From Planctomycetota bacterium (GTDB lineage: Bacteria > Planctomycetota > UBA1135 > UBA2386), in assembly GCA_965228735.1 (NCBI GenBank), contig OZ245838.1:3395997-3459996 (forward strand): 64,000 nucleotides of DNA, written 5' to 3'. Below are positions 37,331 to 47,280 of the stretch, piece after piece (within the stretch, counting starts at the first letter, position 1; the number at the start of each line of letters is the position of its first letter). The notes beneath the pieces are model-generated. The model made no database searches and was not told the origin of the DNA. It saw only the letters and a list, made by a program, of their open reading frames with translations. Position numbers and translations under genes: made by a program.

Positions 37331-39106
37331 GTGATCCAATCCGCCCTCGTCCCTCTCGCCGCGCTGCTGGCAGCGCTGTTCGCTGCGCTCGCGCTGCCGG
37401 GCCAGAACCCGATCCAGGTGCCGCTGAACTACAACTTCAACGGCATCGCGCACGCCGGCGAAACCGGCCAACCCGACAATCCGAACGGCTTCCGGTCGAT
37501 CTCGGATCGCGCGCTCGACTTCACGGGCGGCATCCCGAACGACCCCGTGCTTGCGCGCTACGCGCTCGTCACGATGCCGGGGACCCTCGACATGGTGCAC
37601 CTCGGTAACCGCAACACGGTCGACAACGGCAACTGGGCGTTCGATTCTTCGCCCAACAGCAACAGCATCGGCACGCGGCCGAGCTGGCTGCCGAGCGTCA
37701 ATCAGAGCGGGCCGCAGGCGACGGTGCTGTCGACGCCGATCCCGCTCGGACTGCAGTCGCAGGCGACGGTGCTGTTCCACGTGAGCAACGGCGGCGGCTC
37801 GTGCGATGTCTTGTTCACGTTCCAGAGCGCCCTGACGGTGACGCGGACGATCACGGCACCGGACTGGTTCAACGGCGGCTACGCCGGCCGCGACAGCGTC
37901 GATCGCGCCAACCCCGGCGGCAACCTCAACCTCGTCGAGGCGACGGTCGATCTCAGCGCGCACGCGGGCGAGACGCTGATCCGCATCGCGTTCTTCAACC
38001 GCTCCAACACCAACGCCGGCTACGGCATCTACGGCGTCAACGTCGTGCCCGCGCCCGAGCCGGCGACGGTCAACGAGATCCCGCTGAACTGCAACTGGAA
38101 CGGCATCGTGCACGCCGGCGAGTCGGGCCAGCCCGATGCCCCGAACGGCTACCGGTCGATCGCGGACAAGGGCCTCGACTTCTCGGGCGGCGTGCCGAAC
38201 AACGCGCAGCTCGCCGGCTTCGACCTCGTCGAGTCGCCGGGTGTGCTCGATCTCGTGCTGCTGGGCAACCGCAACACGGTGGGGAACGCCCAGTATCCGT
38301 TCGATCCGCTGCCCGACGGCGACGACCTCGGCACGCAACCCGCGTGGCTGAGCAATCCCGATCTCACGGGGCCGCAGACGACGACGCTGCCGACGCCGGT
38401 CCTGCTCGACAGCAGTTCGACGGCGAGTTTCCTCTATCAGATGTCACACGGGGGCGGCGCGTTCGACGTGCGGTTCACCTTCACGACGGCGTCGGTGACG
38501 TCGACCCTGACCGCGAGCGACTGGGCCGCTGGTAGCTATCTCGCGGCCGGGAACGTGGACCGCGGCCAGACGGCGACGACGCTGCGGATCGAGGACGCGA
38601 CGATCGACCTCGGGCCGCTCGCCGGCCTCGTGCTGACCGCGATCACGTTCGAGAACTCGTCCAACAGCAACGGCAGCTGCGCCATCCTCGCGGCGACCGT
38701 GACCGGTTGCCTCGCGTGCAGCAACGTCGGCGGCCCGACCGCGTTCGGCGGCGGCAACGGCCCGACGATGACGACGTCGTCGACGGGCGCGCTCGGCTGC
38801 CCGCTCGACTGGACGGTGCAGGGCGCAACGCCCGGCACCACGTTCGGCCGCTTCGCGCTGTCGTTCGCCACGACGGGCCTGCCGCTCGCGGGCTTCGTCC
38901 CGGGCTGCACCGGCACGATCTTCGTCGACAACCCGGTGACGGCCGTCGCCGTCGTCAATCCGGCCGGCAACGCGACGTTCGCGTTGCCGATCCAGACCGA
39001 TCCCGCGTTCTGCGGCCTGCGCATCATCGCGCAGTACGCCGAGCTCGTCCCGACCTCCTGCCCCATCCTGCTCAGCGATGCACTCTCGATCACGATCGGT
39101 AACTGA
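37331..39106 (+). CDS. Secreted protein with two tandem ~200-aa repeats of an unknown domain plus a conserved Cys-containing C-terminal domain
   Basis: No in-frame ATG; GTG ~37331 gives a signal-peptide-like VIQSALVPLAALLAALFAALALPGQ. Repeats begin IPLNYNFNGI(A/V)HAGE(T/S)GQPD.PNG(F/Y)RSI(S/A)D. The C-terminal ~110 aa is homologous to the shared C-terminal domain. Confidence 0.55.
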   Translation: MIQSALVPLAALLAALFAALALPGQNPIQVPLNYNFNGIAHAGETGQPDNPNGFRSISDRALDFTGGIPNDPVLARYALVTMPGTLDMVHLGNRNTVDNGNWAFDSSPNSNSIGTRPSWLPSVNQSGPQATVLSTPIPLGLQSQATVLFHVSNGGGSCDVLFTFQSALTVTRTITAPDWFNGGYAGRDSVDRANPGGNLNLVEATVDLSAHAGETLIRIAFFNRSNTNAGYGIYGVNVVPAPEPATVNEIPLNCNWNGIVHAGESGQPDAPNGYRSIADKGLDFSGGVPNNAQLAGFDLVESPGVLDLVLLGNRNTVGNAQYPFDPLPDGDDLGTQPAWLSNPDLTGPQTTTLPTPVLLDSSSTASFLYQMSHGGGAFDVRFTFTTASVTSTLTASDWAAGSYLAAGNVDRGQTATTLRIEDATIDLGPLAGLVLTAITFENSSNSNGSCAILAATVTGCLACSNVGGPTAFGGGNGPTMTTSSTGALGCPLDWTVQGATPGTTFGRFALSFATTGLPLAGFVPGCTGTIFVDNPVTAVAVVNPAGNATFALPIQTDPAFCGLRIIAQYAELVPTSCPILLSDALSITIGN

Positions 39107-41663
39107 TCTCGCGTTCGCCACCGCGGCGCTCGCGATCACGCTCGCGGCGCGCGTCACGGCGCAGAACCAGCCGCCGCTGACGCCCGGCTTCACGGAGCCG
39201 CCGACGAGCAACCTCACGCTCAACCCGAGCGACGTCCACATGGAGACGACGCCGTTCTCCGATCCGGACCCGGGCGATCAGCACGCGGCGTCGGACTTCG
39301 AGATCTGGACGGTGTCGCCGTCGCAGCGCGTCTGGGCGGGGCTCGGACTCACGGGTTTCGAGAAGGTGCACGCCCATCTCGGCGACGGCGTGTTCGAGAA
39401 CTCGCACAGCGGCTGGCACCGACTGTTCGCCAACACGCAGTTCCTGCTGCGCGTGCGGCACAAGGACGACAGCGGCGATCCGGCCACCGAGTGGAGCGGC
39501 TGGGCGTCGGTCCCGTTCGCGACCGGCGACGCCGGAATCAAGCTCCCGATGCTGCTCGAGGACGTCGACAGCACTCCCGCGCCGACGTGGACGGAGGCGA
39601 ACAACCCCACGGTTGCGATCGACCTGCCCGCCGGCCTGCCGAGCCCGATGTTGCGGATCGAGACCGACACCCGCTGGCAGCTGCTCCGCATCGACGGCAC
39701 GGCGAACACCATCAACCGGGTCTTCAACCCGCCGGGCCTGCCCGTGCATCGCGCGATCCGCGTCGTCATCGAGGCGGGCAACCCCGGCGGCAACCTACAG
39801 CTTCCCGCCAGCGATCTGCGCGCCTTCGAGCACAGCTGCGAGGGCTTCGTCATCCACCTGCCGGCGGTCGACCTGGCGCCGTTCTCGCGCGCCGAGTTCT
39901 GGGTCAGCGACCACGGCGGCACGTACGATGCGGCCGGCTCACCGTTCGTGCCGACGTTCAACAATCTCGCGCGCCCGGTGCCCGTACCGTGGGAGCCGCT
40001 GCAGGCCGGGTTCGCGCTCGACGTCGTCGCGTCGGGCCTGCGCATGCCGGTGAACATCGCGTTCGTGCCGGGCGCAGGCACGCAACCGCTCGATCCCAAG
40101 TTCTACGTCACCGAGCTCTACGGCACGATCAAGGTCGTGACCAACGACGGCACGGTCGCGACCTACGCGTCCAACCTGCTCAACTACACGCCATCGGGCG
40201 CGTTCCCGGGCAGCGGCGAACAGGGCCTCGCGGGGATCGCGGTCGACCCCGTCACGGGCGACGTCTTCGTCTCCCATCTGTGGCGCACCGGCGGGCAGAA
40301 CAACCCGCGCATCACGCGGCTCACGAGCCAGAACGGCGGCCTCACGTCGTCGTCGCGGCAGGTGATCCTCGACATGCTCGGGGAACCGCAGGGCCAGTCG
40401 CATCAGGTCTCGTGCCTCGAGATCGTGAACGGCGAGCTCTACTGCCACATGGGTGACGGCTTCGCCTACCAAACGGCGCAGAACCTCGGCTCCTACCGCG
40501 GCAAGATCCTGCGGCTCAACCTCGACGGCACGCCGGTCACGAGCAACCCGTTCTACAACGGCGGCACGATCAACTCGCGCGACTACGTCTACTGCTACGG
40601 GGTGCGCAACCCGTTCGGCGGCGCGTGGCGCGCCGCGGACGGCGTGCGCTACTGCGTCGAGAACGGCCCCAACGTCGACCGCCTGTCGCAGCTCGTGCCG
40701 GGCCGCAACTTCGGCTGGAACAACTCGAACTCGAGCATGTTCAACTTCGCGCTGCACGCGTGGGACCCGTCATCCGGGCCCGTCAGCATCGCGTTCGTGC
40801 AGCCGCAGACATTCGGTGGCAGCGGCTTCCCGGCCGAGCTGCACGACCGCGCGTTCGTCACCGAGTCCGGCGCGACCTACGCGCAGGGCGAACAGTCGAT
40901 CGGCAAGCGGATCACGTCGTTCACGTTCGACGCCAGCGGCAACGTCACGAGCGGACCGATCCCGTTCGTCGAGTACACCGGCGACGGCTTCGCGACCGCG
41001 GTCGCGCTCGCGGCCGGCCCCGACGGGCTCTACTTCAGCGAGTTCTACCGCGACGAGATGACGTCGGGGCCGACCGCGACCGGCGCGCGCATCCTGCGCG
41101 TGAGCTACGGCGACCCGCTCGACTGCGACGACAACGGCCTGCCCGACGCGTGCGAGCTGGCGAACGGCGCGGCCGACTGCAACGGCAACGGCGTGCTCGA
41201 CGTGTGTGACCTCAGCTCGGGCACGTCCCACGACTTCGACGGCAACGGCGTGCCCGACGAGTGCGATCCGCTGTTCGCGAGTGTCGACACGATCTCGCTG
41301 AGCGCCGGCGGCACGGTCATGTTCGACCTCGACGCGGGTGCGAGCAACGCCGGGCAGCTCTACCGGCTGCTCGGCTCGATGACGGGCACGACCCCCGGCA
41401 CGCAGTTCGGCAACGTCACGCTGCCGCTCAACAGCGTGAACGACCCTTGGTATCAGCTCACGTCAACGGTGTTCAACCCGGCGATCCTGCAGGGCACGGT
41501 CGGGCAACTCGACGGCGCCGGCCGCGCGCAGGCCGCGATCGCCGTGCCGCCGCTGCCGCTCAGCCTGCTCGGGCTGACGTTCCACCACGCCTACCTCGTG
41601 AGCGACCCGAGCATGCTGGCGCTGTTCGCCAGCAACGCGGTCCCGCTCACGATGACGCCCTGA
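39078..41663 (+). CDS. Secreted PQQ-dependent sugar-dehydrogenase-like beta-propeller protein with dockerin-like Cys/Asp repeats and the shared C-terminal domain
   Basis: Signal peptide. Soluble glucose/sorbosone dehydrogenase-like motifs (LAGIAVDP, YVYCYGVRNPFGGAW, NFGWNN). CDDNGLPDACELANGAADCNGNGVLDVCD...DGNGVPDECD repeats. C-terminal LYRLLGSMTGTTPGT...LPLNS...LLGLTFHHAYLV. Confidence 0.65.
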   Translation: MHSRSRSVTDLAFATAALAITLAARVTAQNQPPLTPGFTEPPTSNLTLNPSDVHMETTPFSDPDPGDQHAASDFEIWTVSPSQRVWAGLGLTGFEKVHAHLGDGVFENSHSGWHRLFANTQFLLRVRHKDDSGDPATEWSGWASVPFATGDAGIKLPMLLEDVDSTPAPTWTEANNPTVAIDLPAGLPSPMLRIETDTRWQLLRIDGTANTINRVFNPPGLPVHRAIRVVIEAGNPGGNLQLPASDLRAFEHSCEGFVIHLPAVDLAPFSRAEFWVSDHGGTYDAAGSPFVPTFNNLARPVPVPWEPLQAGFALDVVASGLRMPVNIAFVPGAGTQPLDPKFYVTELYGTIKVVTNDGTVATYASNLLNYTPSGAFPGSGEQGLAGIAVDPVTGDVFVSHLWRTGGQNNPRITRLTSQNGGLTSSSRQVILDMLGEPQGQSHQVSCLEIVNGELYCHMGDGFAYQTAQNLGSYRGKILRLNLDGTPVTSNPFYNGGTINSRDYVYCYGVRNPFGGAWRAADGVRYCVENGPNVDRLSQLVPGRNFGWNNSNSSMFNFALHAWDPSSGPVSIAFVQPQTFGGSGFPAELHDRAFVTESGATYAQGEQSIGKRITSFTFDASGNVTSGPIPFVEYTGDGFATAVALAAGPDGLYFSEFYRDEMTSGPTATGARILRVSYGDPLDCDDNGLPDACELANGAADCNGNGVLDVCDLSSGTSHDFDGNGVPDECDPLFASVDTISLSAGGTVMFDLDAGASNAGQLYRLLGSMTGTTPGTQFGNVTLPLNSVNDPWYQLTSTVFNPAILQGTVGQLDGAGRAQAAIAVPPLPLSLLGLTFHHAYLVSDPSMLALFASNAVPLTMTP

Positions 41664-41715
41664 CCTATACACCGCACCGACCCACCTACACCCCACGACT
41701 GCTCGAGGTACTCGC

Positions 41716-43479
41716 ATGACCGTCCGCTTCTTCGTTCTCACTGTTGCCCTCTCCGCGCCGCTCGCCGCCCAGGCGATCCCCGTGCCGCTGAACTACAACT
41801 TCAACGGCATCGTCCATACCGGTGAAGCCGGGTTCCCCGACGCGCCGAACGGCTTCCGGTCGATCTCCGATCGCGCGCTCGACTTCACGCTCGGCGTGCC
41901 GTCCGACCCGCTGCTCTCGAGCTATCAGCTCGTGACGACCCCGACCACGCTCGACATCGTGCATCTCGGCAACCGCAACACGGTGGACAACAGCAGCAAG
42001 CCCTTCGACCCCACGCCCAACGCCAACAACCTCGGCATCCAGCCGAACTGGCTGGCCAACCCGGACCAGACCGGCCCGCAGACCTCGGTGCTTGCGATGC
42101 CGATGCCCGTCACGTCGACGACGAGCGCCGCATTCCTCTACCAGGTCAGCAACGGCGGCGGTTCGTTCGACGTGAGGTTCACGTTCCAGAACAGCCCTGA
42201 CTTCACCGCGACGCTGTCGGCCGGCGACTGGTTCGGCGGCACCCTGCCCGGCACGGGCTCGGTCGACGAGGGTTTCCCCGACAACAACCTGTCGCTGACC
42301 GAGGGGCGCATCGATCTGTCCGCGTTCGCCGGCGACAACGTCACGGCGATCACGTTCGAGAACGCGAGCAACGGCAACGCGGGCTACGCGATCGTCGCGT
42401 GCAACTTCGAGTACCCGCCCGTGCCGTCCGGCGTGATCCGGATCCCGCTGAACTACAACTTCAACGGCATCGTGCACGCGGGTGAACCAGGCCTCCCCGA
42501 TGACCTGAACGGCTACCGCTCGATCTCCGATCGCGGCCTCGACTTCACGGCCGGCGTGCCGACGGACCCGATCCTCGCGCCCTACTCGGTCATCGACACC
42601 GCTGGCACGCTCGACATCGTCCACCTCGGCAACCGCGACACCGTGAACAACAACGGCCAGCCGTTCGACCTCATCCCCGACAACGACGACATCGGCGTCA
42701 TCCCCGCGTGGCTCCCGAGCGCCGACCAGACCGGCCCGCAGGTCACCCAGCTGTCGTCGCCGATCCTGCTCGACGGCAGCTCGCGCGCCACCGTGCTGTT
42801 CCAGATCAGCAACGGCGGCGGCTCGTTCGACGTCGAGTTCGGCTTCCAGGCCGGCCCCCCGGTGATCGCCTCGGTCACGGGCGGCGACTGGTTCGGCGGC
42901 ACCCTGCCCGGCACGGCCAACTTCGACAGCGGCCTGCCCGGCGCGAATCTGTCGCTGACCGAAGGCACGATCAACCTCTTCACCGAGGCTGGCCGCACGC
43001 TCACGAGCATCGCGTTCCAGAACCGGTCGAACACCAACGCCGGCTACGCGATCGTCGCGATGAACGTCATCGGCTGTGGCATCTGCACGAACTCCGCGAC
43101 GGCCGCGGTCACCAACCTCGGCGGCGGCACCGGCCCGACGCTGAGCTCGCAGTCGACGGCGCGCCTCGGTTGCGACCTCGACTGGTCGGTTGCGGGCGCG
43201 GTTCCGAGCAGCTTCGGCTTCTTCGTCCTCGGCCTCGGCTCCGCACCGACGCCGCTCAGCTCGTTCGTGCCGACCTGCACGACTGGCACGGTGCACATCG
43301 TCAACCCGTCGAACCTGTTCGTCGCGACGAGCGCCGCGGGTGGTGCCGGCGTGAACTTCGAAACGCCGAACGCCCAGTTCGTCTGCGGCGTGACGTTCGC
43401 GGCGCAGTACGCGGAGCTCGTCTCCGGCAGCTGCTTCGTGTCGATCAGCAACGCGGTGTCGATCACGGTCGGCAACTGA
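41716..43479 (+). CDS. Paralogue of the 37331-39106 protein (two IPLNYNFNGIVH repeats plus the Cys-containing C-terminal domain)
   Basis: Signal peptide (MTVRFFVLTVALSAPLAAQA). Two ~210-aa repeats. C-terminus (CTTGTVHIVNP...FVCGVTFAAQYAELVSGSCFVSISNAVSITVGN) is near-identical in pattern to the 37331-39106 protein. Confidence 0.65.
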   Translation: MTVRFFVLTVALSAPLAAQAIPVPLNYNFNGIVHTGEAGFPDAPNGFRSISDRALDFTLGVPSDPLLSSYQLVTTPTTLDIVHLGNRNTVDNSSKPFDPTPNANNLGIQPNWLANPDQTGPQTSVLAMPMPVTSTTSAAFLYQVSNGGGSFDVRFTFQNSPDFTATLSAGDWFGGTLPGTGSVDEGFPDNNLSLTEGRIDLSAFAGDNVTAITFENASNGNAGYAIVACNFEYPPVPSGVIRIPLNYNFNGIVHAGEPGLPDDLNGYRSISDRGLDFTAGVPTDPILAPYSVIDTAGTLDIVHLGNRDTVNNNGQPFDLIPDNDDIGVIPAWLPSADQTGPQVTQLSSPILLDGSSRATVLFQISNGGGSFDVEFGFQAGPPVIASVTGGDWFGGTLPGTANFDSGLPGANLSLTEGTINLFTEAGRTLTSIAFQNRSNTNAGYAIVAMNVIGCGICTNSATAAVTNLGGGTGPTLSSQSTARLGCDLDWSVAGAVPSSFGFFVLGLGSAPTPLSSFVPTCTTGTVHIVNPSNLFVATSAAGGAGVNFETPNAQFVCGVTFAAQYAELVSGSCFVSISNAVSITVGN

Positions 43480-43545
43480 TCCGCCGAGACCTGCGGGCGC
43501 GCCCTGCCCCGGACGTATCGGCGCGCCCGCACGCTGCTCACTGCA

Positions 43546-43772
43546 TGGACCACCAGCCCAACAACCCGCTGCACGGCATCACCCTGAAGATGATGCTCGA
43601 GTACCTGGTCGAGGAGATCGGCTGGGCCGAGATGGCGCGCGCGGTCGACATCAACTGCTTCCACAACAACCCGACCATCAACTCGTCACTGAAGTTCCTG
43701 CGAACGGTCGGCTGGGCGCGAACCAAGGTCGAGAACCTGTACCTGCGGGTGCGGCACCCGCGCGGGGCATAG
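43546..43772 (+). CDS. Small conserved protein (VF530/DUF2132-like, ~75 aa)
   Basis: MDHQPNNPLHGITLKMMLEYLVEEIGWAEMARAVDINCFHNNPTINSSLKFLRTVGWARTKVENLYL. I recall the LHG(I/V)TLE...SSLKFLR...WAR.KVE.LY pattern from this small family; assignment is from memory. Confidence 0.45.
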
Positions 43773-43790
43773 CCCGGGGCCCTGCTCCCC

Positions 43791-43846
43791 ATCACTGGCC
43801 CCGAATCACTGGCCCCGAATCACTGGCCCCAAATCACTGGCCAACG
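43791..43846. repeat. Tandem 14-bp repeat (atcactggccccga) x ~3.7 between convergent genes, overlapping the stop codon of the Kelch gene
   Basis: Read directly: atcactggccccga atcactggccccga atcactggccccaa atcactggcc... The last unit contains the TGA (minus strand) of gene 43834-45945. Confidence 0.7.
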
Positions 43847-45945
43847 GTCAGCTCGATCCCCTGCGTCGCCTCGAGTCCGCCCGACCGCAGACCGAACGCC
43901 TGGGCGAACACCCGTAGCCCGACGAGCGTAGAGGCCGCCGGGATGGGCAGTGGCCAGCGGCCGTTGCCGAAGCCGTCGGTCGTCGTGAAGAGCGACACCC
44001 GCGGCTGCACGAGCAGCGTGCAGCCGGCGACCGGCGTCGCGGCCTGCTGGAGCCCAACGCCGAGCAGCGCCGGCGCTGCCGCCAAGTGACCGCTGCTCGA
44101 CAGCGTCAAGTCAGTGGCCGGCCGCGGCCAGTCGTCGGCGCGCAGTTGCAGCGTCGCCGGGCAACCCGTGCCATAGGAATCCGCGCGCGGCGACTGCAGG
44201 GCGAGCTCGTACAGACTCTCGCCGTCGAACAGCCGCACGCGTCCCGGCGCCGCGCTCACGGACGGCCACAGCGGCAGCGCCACGGCCGGGATCACGAGCT
44301 GCCTCCAATCGACGCCGTCCCAGATCCAGGTGTCGAGTTTGGCGCCGATGACGGCCGGTTCCGCCGACAACACGACGAGGCCCGTGACAGGTTCGAACGC
44401 CATGCTGACGAACGCGTCGGGTGCCGGGGCGTTGGCGGGCGTGAGCTGCTGCCAGCTCGTGCCGTTCCACGACCAGGTATCGGCGCGTGCGCCCACGACC
44501 GTGTCGCTCCCGCCCCACAGGAGCACGTTGCCACGCGCGAGGTCCCCGACCATCGCGGCGCCGCTGCGCGCGGTCGGCGCTACCGGCGTCGCGACCTGAT
44601 TCCAGCCCGCAGCGGTCAGCCGCCACGTGTCGCCTAGCGCCGTGCCCGGTCCCGTGCCACCGCCGAACAACAGCGCGCCGCCAGTCGTCGGGTCGAACGC
44701 CACGGCGGGATACTCGCGGCCCGGCGGTCGCTGCGCGGAAGCGACCGGGCTCCAGGTAATGCCATCGAAGCGCCACGTGTCATCGAGGAACTGGGTCGAG
44801 CTCACCCGCCCGCCGAACAGGAAGACGTCGTTGCCGTCGCTCCACATGCCGTGCTGCGAGCGCCGCGGCGGTGATGTCGGCGGCGCGCGCAGCAACCAGC
44901 TCGCGCCGTCCCACTCCCATGTCCGCGCCGCGTTCGCGCCCGCGACCAGGTCGCCGAACAGCACGAGTCGGTCGCGCGCGATCGAGTAGGCCGTACCCGG
45001 CGTGAAATTCTCGATGGGCAGCATCGTCGCGAATCGCTGGTTCCACGCCACGCCGTCCCACTCCCAAAGGTCCTGAGAGTTCGACGTGACGCCGCCGCCG
45101 ATCAACACCGTCCGGTCGCGATGGCTGTCGTAGACGACGCGGCCGCGACCGTGCGGCCCGGCCTGCGGCCACGGGGTCCAGGTGTTGCCGTCGTACTCCC
45201 ACGTATCCGGGGTCGCACCGCCGCCGTAGAGGACACTCACTCCGCGAGCGGTGTCGAACGTCATGTTCGCGCCGCTGCGCGCGCTCGGCGCGACCGGCGG
45301 TGTGCGCTGCGTCCAGGTGACGCCGTCCCACTCCCACGTGTCGCCGAGCGGCGGGTTCAGGATGAACATCGGATCCGTACCGCCGAACAGCACCGTCCGA
45401 CCACGCGCACGATCGAACGCCATCGCCGCGGCGATGCGCCGCGACGGCCCCACGACGTTGCGCAGCGTCCAGGTCGCGCCATCCCACTCCCAGGTCTGCA
45501 CGGCTGGCGTGGTCGATCCCCCGCAGACGAACACCGTGCGATCACGCGCGCTGTCGAACACCGCCTGGCCGTGAAGAAACACCTGCGGCCCCGTCGCGGT
45601 CACGCGCTGCTGCCAGCGGTTGCCGTCGAACTCGTAGACCTCGGTCATGAACAGGTTGGTCCAACGGTCGACGAGCGCGACCACCACGCCGCGCGTGCTG
45701 TCGTACGCCATGGCCTTGGGTCGCTGCGGCAGCAGGCCGACCGGGCGATGCAACCAGCGGCTGCCGTCCCACTCCCGCGTCTCAGCCGCGGCGCCGACGC
45801 CCACGAGCCGGCCGCGGACCTCGTCGAACACCGCGACCGTGGCCGCAACGAACGGATCGCCGACCACTCGCCATTCCTGACCACGGACCGACGAAGTCGC
45901 CAGCGCGAGCAGCGCACACAGCGAGGCGGGGAAAGCGGTCGACAT
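43834..45945 (-). CDS. Secreted Kelch-repeat (galactose-oxidase-like) beta-propeller protein with the shared C-terminal domain
   Basis: More than 10 repeats of the W-E/x-W-DG-xxW Kelch type (TWEWDGATWT, DTWEYDGNTWT, DLWEWDGVAWN, TWEWDGASWL, DTWRFDGITWS, TWSWNGTSWQ, DTWIWDGVDWR). Signal peptide from MSTAFPASLCALLALATSS; the start could instead be 45957 or 45999. The C-terminal ~110 aa matches the shared C-terminal domain. Confidence 0.7.
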   Translation of the reverse strand: MSTAFPASLCALLALATSSVRGQEWRVVGDPFVAATVAVFDEVRGRLVGVGAAAETREWDGSRWLHRPVGLLPQRPKAMAYDSTRGVVVALVDRWTNLFMTEVYEFDGNRWQQRVTATGPQVFLHGQAVFDSARDRTVFVCGGSTTPAVQTWEWDGATWTLRNVVGPSRRIAAAMAFDRARGRTVLFGGTDPMFILNPPLGDTWEWDGVTWTQRTPPVAPSARSGANMTFDTARGVSVLYGGGATPDTWEYDGNTWTPWPQAGPHGRGRVVYDSHRDRTVLIGGGVTSNSQDLWEWDGVAWNQRFATMLPIENFTPGTAYSIARDRLVLFGDLVAGANAARTWEWDGASWLLRAPPTSPPRRSQHGMWSDGNDVFLFGGRVSSTQFLDDTWRFDGITWSPVASAQRPPGREYPAVAFDPTTGGALLFGGGTGPGTALGDTWRLTAAGWNQVATPVAPTARSGAAMVGDLARGNVLLWGGSDTVVGARADTWSWNGTSWQQLTPANAPAPDAFVSMAFEPVTGLVVLSAEPAVIGAKLDTWIWDGVDWRQLVIPAVALPLWPSVSAAPGRVRLFDGESLYELALQSPRADSYGTGCPATLQLRADDWPRPATDLTLSSSGHLAAAPALLGVGLQQAATPVAGCTLLVQPRVSLFTTTDGFGNGRWPLPIPAASTLVGLRVFAQAFGLRSGGLEATQGIELTVGQ

Positions 45946-46023
45946 CGTGGAGGGCATGGCGCGAGTCGAGCATACGACCCGGCGGCACTCACGTGGCAAT
46001 CGCGACCGGTGAGACCGCGCGGC

Positions 46024-47196
46024 TCACAGCACGGTGCTGATGCCCGGGTTGCTGGCCTGCAGCGTGTTCGCGTTCGCGTCGTGGCCCACGGCCTGCCAGG
46101 CGAACTGCGTGCCGACGAACGCCGGGTTGTTGGGCACCGCCACCGAGGCCGTCAGCGGCTGACCGGCCGGTGGCACACCGAACGCAACGAACGCGAAGAC
46201 GGTCGGGTCGAGCCACAGTTCGTCGACGACGCCCGCGATCGCGAGCGGTGGACCGCGGAAACCGAGCACCACGATCAATGGGTCGCCGGCGGCAGTCCGG
46301 GCCGCGGCGGTGAAGCTGCCACCGGGTGGCGCGTCGGTCGCCACGAGAGCCGGCAAGCTGCGGGCAAGGGGTGCCGGAGCATTGCCGATGACGTGCACCG
46401 CCGGGTCGAGCCGGAACGCACTCAGCGAATGGACCGCTATGGCCACCGGCGGCCCGATGAGAGGACTGTATACCGCGCCACGCAGGATCCGGACGTTCGA
46501 GGTCGAGCCCACGACGTCGACACCCGGCGAGCCACCGACGAGGACGCCATTGCTGAACGAGCCAAGACCACCCGAGATCATGTTGTCGGCGAGCACGATC
46601 GTGCCGCCGAGGATCGTGACTCCGGGGGTCGAGCTCGACGAGTGGAACGAGATCCCGCGGCCTCGCAGCGCACAGCCGTCGATCGTCGCGGCGCAGACCA
46701 CGAGCTCGACGTGACCTTCGACCGAGCAGTCTCGAATCATCAACTGGTCACAGCTGCTGGCACGCAGCGAGCTCTGGAACGCGCACTGCGGCCCCAGACA
46801 GCCTTGCGCCAGGAACTCGAGATCGGCGAGCAGCACGAGGTCCGCGCAGTCGGTCAGCACGAGCTGGGAGAGCACGGTCTGATTGACGTAGAGCGGACTG
46901 GCCAAGGTCAGCCCGCGCAGCTCGACCGGCTGGCCGATCTGCGTCGCGGTGATCGCGATCTGGCCGTCGATCGTCACCCCAGGCTCGCCGCGAATCGCGA
47001 ACCCCTTGCCGGCGACCGAGAAGCCGGCGTAGCTGCCAGCGCGCACGACGAGAGTGGCTCCCGACGGAACCGCGGCCACGGCCGCGGTGAGCGTCGTGAA
47101 GTGCGTGCCAGGGCCGCCGGCCGCGTCGACGACGAACGTCTGGCTCGGCACGGCGGCGGCAAGCAGAACGAGCCCGAGGGCGGCGGTGCGCAGCAT
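46024..47196 (-). CDS. Secreted right-handed beta-helix repeat protein with a shared-C-terminal-domain-like end
   Basis: Signal peptide (MLRTAALGLVLLAAAVPSQT). Periodic G/N/V/I beta-helix coil repeats (pectate-lyase-like). C-terminal ...LWLDPTVFAFVAFGVPPAGQPLTASVAVPNNPAFVGTQFAWQAV resembles the shared domain but is divergent. Confidence 0.6.
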   Translation of the reverse strand: MLRTAALGLVLLAAAVPSQTFVVDAAGGPGTHFTTLTAAVAAVPSGATLVVRAGSYAGFSVAGKGFAIRGEPGVTIDGQIAITATQIGQPVELRGLTLASPLYVNQTVLSQLVLTDCADLVLLADLEFLAQGCLGPQCAFQSSLRASSCDQLMIRDCSVEGHVELVVCAATIDGCALRGRGISFHSSSSTPGVTILGGTIVLADNMISGGLGSFSNGVLVGGSPGVDVVGSTSNVRILRGAVYSPLIGPPVAIAVHSLSAFRLDPAVHVIGNAPAPLARSLPALVATDAPPGGSFTAAARTAAGDPLIVVLGFRGPPLAIAGVVDELWLDPTVFAFVAFGVPPAGQPLTASVAVPNNPAFVGTQFAWQAVGHDANANTLQASNPGISTVL

Positions 47197-47280
47197 CGTG
47201 ACATCGTATCGGTATCCCGATGCGCTAGCTGATTCTGGCCGGCGCCGTCGACCTTCTGACCGGCTCCCCTTCGAGCGCGC

